Source of the DNA: Candidatus Latescibacterota bacterium
GTDB taxonomy: Bacteria > Latescibacterota > UBA2968 > UBA8231
Assembly: GCA_965204725.1 (NCBI GenBank)
Contig: CBDBFD010000001.1
Location: 1 to 51,736 of the forward strand
Direction: 5' to 3'
Length of the DNA stretch: 51,736 nucleotides
Shown: positions 10,821 through 19,329 of the stretch, piece after piece
Layout of the letters: every line of letters begins with the position of its first letter
Position numbering within the stretch: the stretch's first letter is position 1
Notes under the pieces: generated by a model
Database searches by the model: none
Told to the model about the DNA's origin: nothing
The model's input: only the letters and a program-made list of their open reading frames with translations
Made by a program: the position numbers and the translations under genes

Positions 10821-12008
10821 CTAGTTGTAGGTCAAGGTCGCGCCATCGCCCAACGCCTGCCCGCTGAACGCCATCGTATCAAAGGCCCCTAGCCCCTGAC
10901 TGAGCGGCGCGGGGTCGAACTGGACGGACGGCAGGTAGAGCGCGTTGTTGCGCCCAGCCACATCGCCCAGCACGGCATAGACGCTGAAGCGGTCGTTGCG
11001 CCGGATCTGTCGGTTACGGATGTAGTCCGCCTTCTCGGCCCGCACAGTGAAGCTGAACCGCATGTCGCGGATGCCCGGGGAACCAACCCCCGTCGGGCCG
11101 CTCGTCCCCACGTCCTCATTGAATAGCTGGACGCCGTTGTTGAGCGTGAAGCTGCCCTGCGAGTGTAGGATGCGGTTGGCGGGCTGGCGAGCGAGGGCCA
11201 GCAGGGACGCCTCCGTAGCATTCTCGTCGCCGATGACCAGCACCCCCGCCGTCCCGTACTGCGCGTCGTTATCGAGGAAGGACGGCTCCGGCAGGCCGCT
11301 TGTGACGTTATCGGCCCCCGCGAAGATGGTCTGGCTGGCGATAGCCAACCCATTCGCCGCCACCGCCTTGACCACAAACGCACTGCCAAACGCATTGGCC
11401 GCGGTCGCCACCTTGAGGATGTTACCCACCCCGACAAGGTTGGCGATGTTCTGACTGGCGGGCGGCGTGACACGGGTCTGGCCGGCCCCCGACGCGGGCG
11501 TCTGGAACGGAATGAATGGCTCCGCCTTGTGCCCGCTGCCGGTGAACTGCCACGTAGTGTAATCGTTGCCGCTCCACGTCAGGGTGCCGCTGGTAAAGGC
11601 TTGCCCCAGCCCCGACCGCTGTACTTCCTCGTTCCACGTGTGGATAGCAAACGAGCCGTCTTGGTCGTTCTCTAGCCCGTAGATGTAGCCCGTGTTGGGG
11701 CCGGACGAAGCGGTCTCATCGCCCCATAGGTTCTTCAGCAGCACCGCCAACTCCGGGCGGCTCGACTGCGACGGCCCTAGGCGGTTGCGCGCGGAGATAT
11801 TGAGGCTGGTGGTCTCGCGTCCGGGCGTCCCGGCCTGCTGCGAGCGTCCCTGCCCCGCCTCCTGCGTCTGCTGGCGCGGCTGCACCGTCTCAAGCTGGAT
11901 GTTTGTGACGCGCAAGGCATCGCCCTGCTGAGGGATGGCATCGTTAGGGACGCCATACGCCACTTCCTCAGTAGCAAAGATTTCAAGTTCGGCAAGGGTC
12001 GTTGCCAT
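10821..12008 (-). CDS. Major tail (tube) protein, 395 aa
   Basis: AGGAGG RBS; N-terminal EEVAYG motif and C-terminal LYLPSVQF..F.A pattern typical of siphovirus tube proteins; synteny. No sheath gene seen. Confidence 0.8.
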   Translation of the reverse strand: MATTLAELEIFATEEVAYGVPNDAIPQQGDALRVTNIQLETVQPRQQTQEAGQGRSQQAGTPGRETTSLNISARNRLGPSQSSRPELAVLLKNLWGDETASSGPNTGYIYGLENDQDGSFAIHTWNEEVQRSGLGQAFTSGTLTWSGNDYTTWQFTGSGHKAEPFIPFQTPASGAGQTRVTPPASQNIANLVGVGNILKVATAANAFGSAFVVKAVAANGLAIASQTIFAGADNVTSGLPEPSFLDNDAQYGTAGVLVIGDENATEASLLALARQPANRILHSQGSFTLNNGVQLFNEDVGTSGPTGVGSPGIRDMRFSFTVRAEKADYIRNRQIRRNDRFSVYAVLGDVAGRNNALYLPSVQFDPAPLSQGLGAFDTMAFSGQALGDGATLTYN

Positions 12009-12027
12009 GATAACCTCCTAGCCCCGT

Positions 12028-12531
12028 TTAGGCTTCAATGTCGAGGGTGAATATAACGCTTCGATACAGGCTGCTGTCAACGGCGGCGGTCGCCGTGAAC
12101 TCAATGTCGCCTACTTCCAATGACCTAAAGCCGTTGTAGGCAACCCCCTGTGCCAGCACCGCACGGAGCGGCTCCGCATGCGCCTCCACGCGCCGCGTCA
12201 ACTGCTCCAGCGCGGTCTCGGGCGAGGAGGGGTTGGTCACGGCCCGCTCAATCACTTCGATTAGAGCCGTGTACTCATACCGCCCCGGGTTGCCTGCCAC
12301 CGGCTGCGCCCCGTCAATCCAGAGGCGCACAAAGGGATAGGCCGTGATCTTGTCCTCCTCAGCCTCTGAGAAGGTATAGGCAGGGGCGGTCGCTGAGGCG
12401 TTACCCAAGACCTCCCGCTGATACTGCTGCCAGACCACGCCAAGCCCTTCAATGCCAGCGGCGTCGCCAGCGAGCATGTCGCGCAGGTTGCCTACGACCT
12501 TTTCGGTTGCAGTGGTTAGGAAGGTGGCCAT
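12028..12531 (-). CDS. Tail terminator-like neck protein, paralogue B (167 aa, MATFLTT)
   Basis: Directly upstream of the tail tube gene; GAGGA RBS before ATG 12531; similar to 12665-13222. Confidence 0.6.
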   Translation of the reverse strand: MATFLTTATEKVVGNLRDMLAGDAAGIEGLGVVWQQYQREVLGNASATAPAYTFSEAEEDKITAYPFVRLWIDGAQPVAGNPGRYEYTALIEVIERAVTNPSSPETALEQLTRRVEAHAEPLRAVLAQGVAYNGFRSLEVGDIEFTATAAVDSSLYRSVIFTLDIEA

Positions 12532-12668
12532 AAATCCTCGTCGCAGCAGGCGAACGTAGCAACCGCCACCATCCCCAGCATAAGCGGCACAAAGGCCAGC
12601 ACAACGGCATCGGTGGCCGTGAGCCATTGGAGATAAGGGATTAGCACCAGAGTAGTCATGGCCGTCAT
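12516..12668 (-). CDS. 50-aa hydrophobic membrane protein not in the ORF track (holin-like candidate)
   Basis: MTAMTTLVLIPYLQWLTATDAVVLAFVPLMLGMVAVATFACCDEDLWPPS; ATGA overlap with the upstream stop; overlaps the next start and fills the gap. Confidence 0.55.
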   Translation of the reverse strand: MTAMTTLVLIPYLQWLTATDAVVLAFVPLMLGMVAVATFACCDEDLWPPS

Positions 12669-13222
12669 GCCGCTATGCTCAGGGTAAAGAGTGCGCTGCG
12701 ATGGCCCGCCCCCTCAATGTCCGGGTGGGCGCGAAAGTCAATGCCGGTGATGATGATGAACTCAAAGCCGTTGTAGGTCTGGTTCGCGTCAAGCAAGTAG
12801 CGCACTACATCCGCGAGCCCCTCGATGGTGCGCGTCGCCGTCTGAATATGCGCGGCGGTATCGGCCACCACCTCTTTGGACACATCCACAAAGGCCGTGT
12901 AGGTCCACACAGTCGGGCCGCCGATCTCTTGCGGCTCATAGGGCTGGGCCTCGTCCACCCACACCCGCACAAAGTTGGTCGCTAAGGTCGCCGGTGCGAC
13001 GGGCTTAGGGATCTGATCCCCATCGTAAATGGCCAAGTCGGTTGGCAACGTATCCGTGCTGGTCCCATAGTCAGAAGCCCCCGCACCTGTCCGGTAGCTA
13101 TTCCACTCCGCAACAAGCCCCATACCCGCTGGGTCGGGCGTTACAGTCTGGTCGCCCCCCAGTATCGCCTTGAGGTTGCCTGTAACGCGCCCTACGGGGA
13201 CTAAAGCGTCAAGGGATGCCAT
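12665..13222 (-). CDS. Tail terminator-like neck protein, paralogue A (185 aa)
   Basis: Synteny; shares FVRxWxD.AQP, YTA, YNGF..I.F and RS..FTL.I.A with paralogue B. Confidence 0.6.
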   Translation of the reverse strand: MASLDALVPVGRVTGNLKAILGGDQTVTPDPAGMGLVAEWNSYRTGAGASDYGTSTDTLPTDLAIYDGDQIPKPVAPATLATNFVRVWVDEAQPYEPQEIGGPTVWTYTAFVDVSKEVVADTAAHIQTATRTIEGLADVVRYLLDANQTYNGFEFIIITGIDFRAHPDIEGAGHRSALFTLSIAA

Positions 13223-13695
13223 TACGCCTGTACCTCCGTCAGATAGCGTCTGCGCCCCTTGAGGCGGCTCTTACGCAGCAACTGGTCACGCCGCCGGAAC
13301 TTGGCCACTAAAGAATAGCCGAAGATGTCGCCAAGAACCTCGCTGTTATCGAACAGGAACGGACGCCGCGCATTCACCGCCGCCGCGTAGGGAACCTTCG
13401 TGCCCAGCCGCAGCTTGTTGCCCCGCCCCCTGAACAGGTGGTCAGGGTCCTTGCGGCGCGTCAAGCTATCGTAGAGCCGCCCCGTCTCAATCAGTATCTG
13501 CGGCCCTTGCTTGCGAGCAGCATAGGCAGGGGTTAGGGGTGCCCACGGCTGGCCGTCCGGCCCCTGTTGCCGCGCGAACATCTGCTTCGTCTCCTCGATG
13601 AAGCACTGCTGGAAGGCGCGGCCTAGCTTCTTGCGCCGCGAGAAGGGCTTGTTGAGCCGCTGGGACACGCGGGTTATGAGGATGCTCTTAGCCAT
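13222..13695 (-). CDS. Phage virion morphogenesis / tail completion protein (Mu gpG-like)
   Basis: Motifs PDGQPWAPL, ILIETGRLYDSL, GTKVPYAA and ARRPFL. Confidence 0.85.
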   Translation of the reverse strand: MAKSILITRVSQRLNKPFSRRKKLGRAFQQCFIEETKQMFARQQGPDGQPWAPLTPAYAARKQGPQILIETGRLYDSLTRRKDPDHLFRGRGNKLRLGTKVPYAAAVNARRPFLFDNSEVLGDIFGYSLVAKFRRRDQLLRKSRLKGRRRYLTEVQA

Positions 13696-13960
13696 CGCGT
13701 CTATCCCGCTCCCTAAGCAGCTCCCGTATCTCGCGGTGATCGGCCCGGTTGTGCTCGTCGTTCTGCTGGATCAACAATTTCAAATCATCGACCTGCTGCT
13801 GGGTGGCCCGCTTGTCGATGCGCTTGTGCATGTCGCGCTCCAGCTTGTCGAGGTCGCTCTTGGACGGCGTGTTACGCAGGGCCTTCACAATGAAGCCAAT
13901 GATGGCGACCAGCACTGTGCCGTGTACGCCGAGCACTTGGTAGAGCGTTGTATCTTCCAT
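13688..13960 (-). CDS. Membrane-anchored coiled-coil protein (holin-like candidate), 90 aa
   Basis: One N-terminal hydrophobic helix (VLGVHGTVLVAIIGFIV) followed by a charged coiled coil. Confidence 0.5.
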   Translation of the reverse strand: MEDTTLYQVLGVHGTVLVAIIGFIVKALRNTPSKSDLDKLERDMHKRIDKRATQQQVDDLKLLIQQNDEHNRADHREIRELLRERDRRDG

Positions 13961-13963
13961 GAC

Positions 13964-16957
13964 TTAGGCCGCCATATACCAAGCGTCAATCGCCGGGATC
14001 GTGCCCGGCAACGAGGCCGTGGCGATCATCAGGTTACGTGCGGCATTCACGGAGACATACATCGCATTAAAACCCGCCGGTCGCCAACGGACGATGACGC
14101 CGTTCTCAGACTGCGGGGTCGTAGCCTCGTTGATGTCTTGGGCCAGTATAGAGCCGTGTACAGTCAGGCAGGCCGTGCCCCGCGCGTTGAGGTTGAAGGC
14201 GATGTTGTACATCCGGCTATTCACTTCGGATACGGTCCCAAGATTGATGCCGGTATCGACCCAGTTCGATTGACTGCCCGTCACGTTGGTGACGCCGCCA
14301 GCCCGCGTCCACCCGGCCGCCGGTGCGGGAGTGCCGCCGCCTGCCGATGCCCCGCCCGTCACCTGGGCAAAGGCAACCAGATGCGCCCCGATGGTGACGG
14401 AGCCGCTCGTGCCCGTCGATCCCGCGTTGTACACCAACTGGCGATAGAGGTTGTTATCAGCATCCCGCGACAGCCATAGCTCCAGCGTGCCAACGACATT
14501 CGACCCCTCATAGAGCTCCTGCTCGACGACCTTCAACCCCTCTTGTGCGCCCCCGGCCACCCATTCGTCACTATCAATCAGGTCGTTAATCGACACAAAG
14601 CCACTGACGGTTATCTGTGTCGTAGCCGCCGTGCTCGTTCTAGGGGGGATGCTCTCAAAGCCCACTGTGCCCGCCGGGACGGACGCGCCGACGATATTCA
14701 GTCGCAGCGAGCAATCGACGATCCCGTGCGTGTGGGTGTCCATGTCGAAGGCCGGACTGAACGCCGCCCGCACCCCCAAGACATCGGCGTCGTAGCCGCT
14801 GGTGATGGCGATGCCCCCTACCGCCCCGTCTTGCAGCTCGATGTTACCCGCGCCCGGTAGCCCCGTGATGCGGTTGGCCGGTATGTTGCCCTGTAGGGCC
14901 GCAGCGGGGAAACGGATGTTGTCGCCGAACTCCGTCGGGCCGTACCACTCCCCGAATATCTCCGCGCCTTCAGGGACGCTGATCTGCCCCGCCCCCTGCG
15001 GCGTCAAGTGCAGCTTCCAATAATCGTAGGTTACAGGCGAGTCAGCCGATGCCCCTGCATAGCTGTCGAGGGCCTCAATCAGGCCGTCGTCAATGACTAC
15101 CCGTAGGTCGGTGGCATCGGGCCGTCCACCCAGCACGGAACGCTCCGTGCGAAGGATCACCCATCGCTGCGTCCCCAGCGCGGGGGTCTGTTCAGGCAGG
15201 CGAGCGGAATAGGTCAGGCCGCGAATAGTCTGTAGGGTTGGGTCTGTCGTTTGCAACGGGGCCACGGTGACGCCCGTGGACGTGCGCCAGCCGCCGGTCT
15301 CTACATCCTTGCCTAGTGCCTCCAGTTGCCGCAGGTAGGGGTTGAGGGCGTTGTAGAAGCCCTGTAGCCCCGCGACCAGCTTGTCCCAGCCCCAACGGGC
15401 CGTGTTGCCTGTCAGCGCGATGGCGTTGACAAGGCGATTGACGCCCGCCGTGATCAGCGCGTTCGCCTCGTTTTGATTGAGGCCCCGCGCCGGGACATTG
15501 CCCAGCTTGTTCGACGGGACTTGATCTGTATTGCCCTCCTCGGCCCAATCGCTGACCCCTGCCGCGACACGGGCATCGACCTGCGCCTGCGTCAGCCCGC
15601 CACCGCCGCCGCTGGGTGCGTTCCCCAGCTTGTTGAGCGGTATCTGGCTCGTATCGCCTTCCTCTGCCCAATCGCTGACCCCAGCGGCTACCCGCGCATC
15701 CGCACGAGCGTCTATCTCCGCATTGGTTGGGATGTCGGGCAGCTTGGCGTCCGGCACTTGGGCTGTGCTGGACCGCCGCGCGAAGTCCTCAAGGTCAATC
15801 TGATTATCGAATAGCTGAAGCGTGACGTTGGTGCTGTTCTCCCAAGCGAGCAGGAACTTAGGCGTCGCGCCCCCCGTATGGCCCAAGTAGTACTGCGTAT
15901 TGGACAGGCTGAACGCCACGGAGTTCGCCGCCGTCAGCTGATCGCCGTTGCTGGTCGCCGGCTTACCCAGCAGCTCAGACACCGTCAGGGTGTGCGATTG
16001 GCCGCCAATGACGACGCGCAGTCGCCGGGCATCGGCAGCGGGCGGCACATCCGGGTTGGGATTGGGAAACGGCGAGGCCCGCTCAGAGAGGGCGATCGGG
16101 ACCGTGCCATTGAACAGGGACTCCTCAAAGCGCAGCCCCTCCTCGCTGTTGCTGAGGTCCACAACCGCCGGGTGCGTCGCCACGTTGCCCAGCTTGTCGG
16201 CGGGTATCTGATCCGTGTTGCCCTTCGTAGCCCAATCCGCTTGCGGCTGGGCGATCCACTCCGTGAAGCCATCGCTACCCACCGCCAGCACCCAGCCGAT
16301 CTGCGCGGTGCTGGCATCCCCAAAGTCGGCTATCACCGGGAGCTCGTCGTTATTTTTGACCGCGAACTCCTCGACCGCCTCGTTGATGATCGCCAGCACA
16401 TCGACGCGATCCAGCCCGCCCCCCTGCCCGCCGGAGGGAATGGTGATATTGAGGGTGTTCTCTACCCCGCTATCGTCTATCAGCGTAAAGGTGATCGTGC
16501 GCGTCGCAGGGGCATAGCGGACCGCCGTCACCCGCCCGCCGGTGGCCACCGCCTCGGCCCACGCACGGATGCGTACCAGCAGGGACGGTATATCCTCGAC
16601 ATCCAAGTCGAGCGCGTCAGGCAACTCCATAGACCCCAGCGTCTTGAGCCAGTCCTTCCACGGGGCCGCCCACGGGTTGCTCGCACGGTCGGACGCCTGG
16701 CTATACTCCATCGCATGGACGAGGTAGAGTGTCCCAAGCGCATTGCCGTAGGCTACGGCCTTATACGCGATGGGGGAGGAGGCCTCAACAAGGGGAACCT
16801 GATACATGACGCCCAAATAGGCGTTGATCTCATTGGCGATCTGAACGGCGGCCTCATGCACCTGACCCACATTGGGGACTATCGAGGCATCAAACGCCTT
16901 ACCGTAGAGGGCCTGTAACGCCTCGTCAGACGTGTAGCTGTTGGGAATGGCTGGCAT
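13964..16957 (-). CDS. Head-tail adaptor (Mu gp36/DUF1320-like) fused to a long repeat-containing fibre-like region, 997 aa
   Basis: Directly after the MCP; N-terminal ~120 aa has the gp36-type pattern (YTS..L, ANEINAYLG.MYQVPL, WL..L); internal DWA..G.T.Q.P..KLGN repeats. Confidence 0.7.
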   Translation of the reverse strand: MPAIPNSYTSDEALQALYGKAFDASIVPNVGQVHEAAVQIANEINAYLGVMYQVPLVEASSPIAYKAVAYGNALGTLYLVHAMEYSQASDRASNPWAAPWKDWLKTLGSMELPDALDLDVEDIPSLLVRIRAWAEAVATGGRVTAVRYAPATRTITFTLIDDSGVENTLNITIPSGGQGGGLDRVDVLAIINEAVEEFAVKNNDELPVIADFGDASTAQIGWVLAVGSDGFTEWIAQPQADWATKGNTDQIPADKLGNVATHPAVVDLSNSEEGLRFEESLFNGTVPIALSERASPFPNPNPDVPPAADARRLRVVIGGQSHTLTVSELLGKPATSNGDQLTAANSVAFSLSNTQYYLGHTGGATPKFLLAWENSTNVTLQLFDNQIDLEDFARRSSTAQVPDAKLPDIPTNAEIDARADARVAAGVSDWAEEGDTSQIPLNKLGNAPSGGGGGLTQAQVDARVAAGVSDWAEEGNTDQVPSNKLGNVPARGLNQNEANALITAGVNRLVNAIALTGNTARWGWDKLVAGLQGFYNALNPYLRQLEALGKDVETGGWRTSTGVTVAPLQTTDPTLQTIRGLTYSARLPEQTPALGTQRWVILRTERSVLGGRPDATDLRVVIDDGLIEALDSYAGASADSPVTYDYWKLHLTPQGAGQISVPEGAEIFGEWYGPTEFGDNIRFPAAALQGNIPANRITGLPGAGNIELQDGAVGGIAITSGYDADVLGVRAAFSPAFDMDTHTHGIVDCSLRLNIVGASVPAGTVGFESIPPRTSTAATTQITVSGFVSINDLIDSDEWVAGGAQEGLKVVEQELYEGSNVVGTLELWLSRDADNNLYRQLVYNAGSTGTSGSVTIGAHLVAFAQVTGGASAGGGTPAPAAGWTRAGGVTNVTGSQSNWVDTGINLGTVSEVNSRMYNIAFNLNARGTACLTVHGSILAQDINEATTPQSENGVIVRWRPAGFNAMYVSVNAARNLMIATASLPGTIPAIDAWYMAA

Positions 16958-16974
16958 AGCAAGCCTCAGATAGA

Positions 16975-17014
16975 GGGGTAGCTGAGGGACACGGAAAGCC
17001 CCTCAGCCTGCCCC
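16975..17014 (-). terminator. GC hairpin after the major capsid gene (terminator or mRNA-stabilising stem)
   Basis: gctgaggg/ccctcagc stem with a gggg/cccc extension; U-tract weak. Confidence 0.45.
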
Positions 17015-17033
17015 AGTGAAAGCTAAGCCACCG

Positions 17034-17981
17034 TTACAGCGCGGTGACGTTCAGATATGCGGAGCAAGAGGTGTCGTTGAAGTTGACCACCTCAGCGAAC
17101 AGCGTCACCCGGTAGATGCGACCCAGGTTGCCCTCCGCATAGCCCACGTCCACGACCTGCACACCCGGCATGGCGTCCGGCGTGATGGCCGCGAGACCCT
17201 TCGTCTTGCTGCCATCGTCGAACTTGACGGCATAGATGGTGCGGACTTGGCCCGTACCCTTCGTGGTCTCGGCGATATGGCCGTTGAACAGGATGGGCAC
17301 ACCGCGATACGCCTCCACGGTCTGCATCTCCATCTCCCCGGTGAACATATTGGGGATATTGACCGTCTCGGTGATGCCTGCGCCACCCGCGGCCCGCTGG
17401 GCCTTAGCGTAGCTGTTGAGCATCGTCGGGTGCATGATGAAGGCGTCCGTGCCGTGCTGGTTCTGCACGATGAGCTCGTCCAGCATGGCGAGGTCAAACG
17501 GGTCGCCGTTGGTGCTGGTGCTGTTGAGCTTCTGGCTGCCCTTGATGACGTCGGTGTCATCGAGGCCCTGCAGGCGCGTACCGGAGCCGTCCCCCGGGCC
17601 GTTGCCATTGATGAAGTCGTCGTCGAAGAAGCGAGAGACCCGCTCGGTGTGGAGGTCGATCTGACCCATCAGAAAGCCCGCGTCGCCGTTGTAGCTGGCG
17701 TCGAGGTCGATCTGCGAGTAAATGGGCTTCCACCGGCGGTTCTTCTGCGTCCACGTGGGGGCCGCCCGCGCCGAAGCAGCGACAGGCGCATACGCGCCCG
17801 AAGCGGCAGCACTGGCCGCGCCCAGGGCGTCAATCTCGTTCCACTGAACACCCGACGCGGGGCTACCGATAAACGGCAGGCGCGACAAGATGTTGCTGGA
17901 ACGGGTGAGGTTATTGGCAATACGCTGCGCGAGGTCAGGGTGACGTTGCGCCGTGTACTGCGCGAGAGTAGTAGCAGGCAT
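17034..17981 (-). CDS. Major capsid protein, 315 aa
   Basis: AGGAGG RBS; ILSRLPF, DFINGNG, LQGL, DLAMLDEL, FIMHPT and YRGVPI match HK97-fold MCP patterns; follows the scaffold. Confidence 0.9.
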   Translation of the reverse strand: MPATTLAQYTAQRHPDLAQRIANNLTRSSNILSRLPFIGSPASGVQWNEIDALGAASAAASGAYAPVAASARAAPTWTQKNRRWKPIYSQIDLDASYNGDAGFLMGQIDLHTERVSRFFDDDFINGNGPGDGSGTRLQGLDDTDVIKGSQKLNSTSTNGDPFDLAMLDELIVQNQHGTDAFIMHPTMLNSYAKAQRAAGGAGITETVNIPNMFTGEMEMQTVEAYRGVPILFNGHIAETTKGTGQVRTIYAVKFDDGSKTKGLAAITPDAMPGVQVVDVGYAEGNLGRIYRVTLFAEVVNFNDTSCSAYLNVTAL

Positions 17982-18020
17982 CGTGCCTCCTTATGCCTGC
18001 CCTCAGTCTTGCCTACGGGC

Positions 18021-18785
18021 TTAGCGCCCTATCTGAGCCACTAGCTCCGCATCCGTCTTGGTGATGGTCGGCTCGCGGCTCATGCCCGACTGGGGCGGCT
18101 GATTAGCGGGCGATGCCACTTGCGCGGGGAGGACCTTCTTAAAGCCCTCGTCCTTGAACGCCGCGTCAAGCAGATCGTCCAGAGTGTATGGAATACGATT
18201 GATCCCATCACTGGCCAGTCGAGTAGCGGGTCGGCCATTCGCATCTAAGACCGTGATGCTCTCCACACCCTTATCATCCCGATCCAAGCGGATGCGGTCT
18301 GACAGTTTCGCGCGGAGAGTGTCCAGCGGACTGAACGAACCAAGAGCCAACGGATCGTCGCTCTGGCCGTTCTCAGATGCCGTGTCGGGCGTCAGCCGCC
18401 GGGCAAATGCTGACACAAGTTTATGATCCAGCGCGGTCGTGTCAAGCCGCGACTGTAGGTCGTCAATCTTCTGCTTGGCATTCTCTACGGACTGCTCAAG
18501 CTCTTTCTCGCGCTCGCCGGGCGTCCCTTTGGCCTTCTCAAGCGCGGCTTGCGCCTCCGTGAGCTGGGTCGTCAACGCCTCCTTCTCGCCAGTCAGGGCC
18601 GCTACGGACGCCTTCTGCGTATCCAGGTCGCTGAGGATGCTGGCGTTGTTGGCGACGCTCCAGCCCTCGCCCGTGACCTGTAGCCGCCACGAGCTACTGC
18701 CATCTTGCCGCTTGTTCTCCACATAGTGCTCACGCAGGCTCTCAGGCACTTCCTCTTGCGTCTTGTAATCGGGCGTGAGGGCCAT
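18021..18785 (-). CDS. Capsid scaffolding protein, 254 aa
   Basis: EEVPESLREHYVE N-terminus and a long acidic coiled coil; immediately upstream of the MCP. Confidence 0.8.
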   Translation of the reverse strand: MALTPDYKTQEEVPESLREHYVENKRQDGSSSWRLQVTGEGWSVANNASILSDLDTQKASVAALTGEKEALTTQLTEAQAALEKAKGTPGEREKELEQSVENAKQKIDDLQSRLDTTALDHKLVSAFARRLTPDTASENGQSDDPLALGSFSPLDTLRAKLSDRIRLDRDDKGVESITVLDANGRPATRLASDGINRIPYTLDDLLDAAFKDEGFKKVLPAQVASPANQPPQSGMSREPTITKTDAELVAQIGR

Positions 18786-18788
18786 GGC

Positions 18789-19328
18789 TTACACCTCCGC
18801 CGGGGTGATAGGCGGCGGGATGGGCTGCGTCAGCTTGCGACACAGGCTATCCTCTTGCGACCACAGGTAATCAATCAGGTTCCTTAAGGCGTCTTGGCTG
18901 GTCGCCGCATCGCCATACGCCTTGTCAATCACGCCCTTATCAAGCGCGATACCCGTGCCGCCGATACGACGCAGGGCCAGCCGCACCTCATAGTTGCTGA
19001 AGCTGACGCCATTGCGAGCCTCGGTCAGCTTGCGACACAGGTGGCCCTGGGCCCAGTTACCCGCCCCATCGCGCCGATCCACCGCCGGGAACCGCTCCTG
19101 CGGCTCATTGGGTTGGAGGTTGAGGGCGGCCATGCTACGCACGTTGCGCGGAAAGATCACGCGATCATCGCCGTAGGGCTGAATTTTCACGCCCGCCTCG
19201 TCCATCACCTCCGTCGGCAGCGAGTGCAGGCTACGGAGGAACTGAGCCTCGTTCTTGAGTTCGTACACGCGACCCGCAAAACCGTCAAAGGTCTTGGCGG
19301 CTGCGGACTCCGGTTGCTTCGTTGCCAT
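18789..19328 (-). CDS. Hypothetical head-module protein, 179 aa
   Basis: AGGAG RBS; tightly packed between portal and scaffold; no family recognised. Confidence 0.7.
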   Translation of the reverse strand: MATKQPESAAAKTFDGFAGRVYELKNEAQFLRSLHSLPTEVMDEAGVKIQPYGDDRVIFPRNVRSMAALNLQPNEPQERFPAVDRRDGAGNWAQGHLCRKLTEARNGVSFSNYEVRLALRRIGGTGIALDKGVIDKAYGDAATSQDALRNLIDYLWSQEDSLCRKLTQPIPPPITPAEV

Positions 19329-19329
19329 C

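Larger units (their letters stand above)
1..16818 (+). repeat. Direct repeat copy 1 (16,818 bp)
   Basis: cagggtgatggtgggg at 1 = 34919; gatacatgacgcccaaat ends at 16818 = 51736; ORF translations are identical at offset 34,918. Confidence 0.97.

Noticed and set aside
12532-12627. Longer start for ORF 12028-12627
   Set aside because: RBS and paralogue similarity favour ATG 12531; the extension overlaps the 50-aa membrane ORF.
15490-16250. Diversity-generating retroelement TR/VR pair in the fibre repeats
   Set aside because: No reverse transcriptase; the repeats are in-frame protein repeats and their differences are not adenine-specific.
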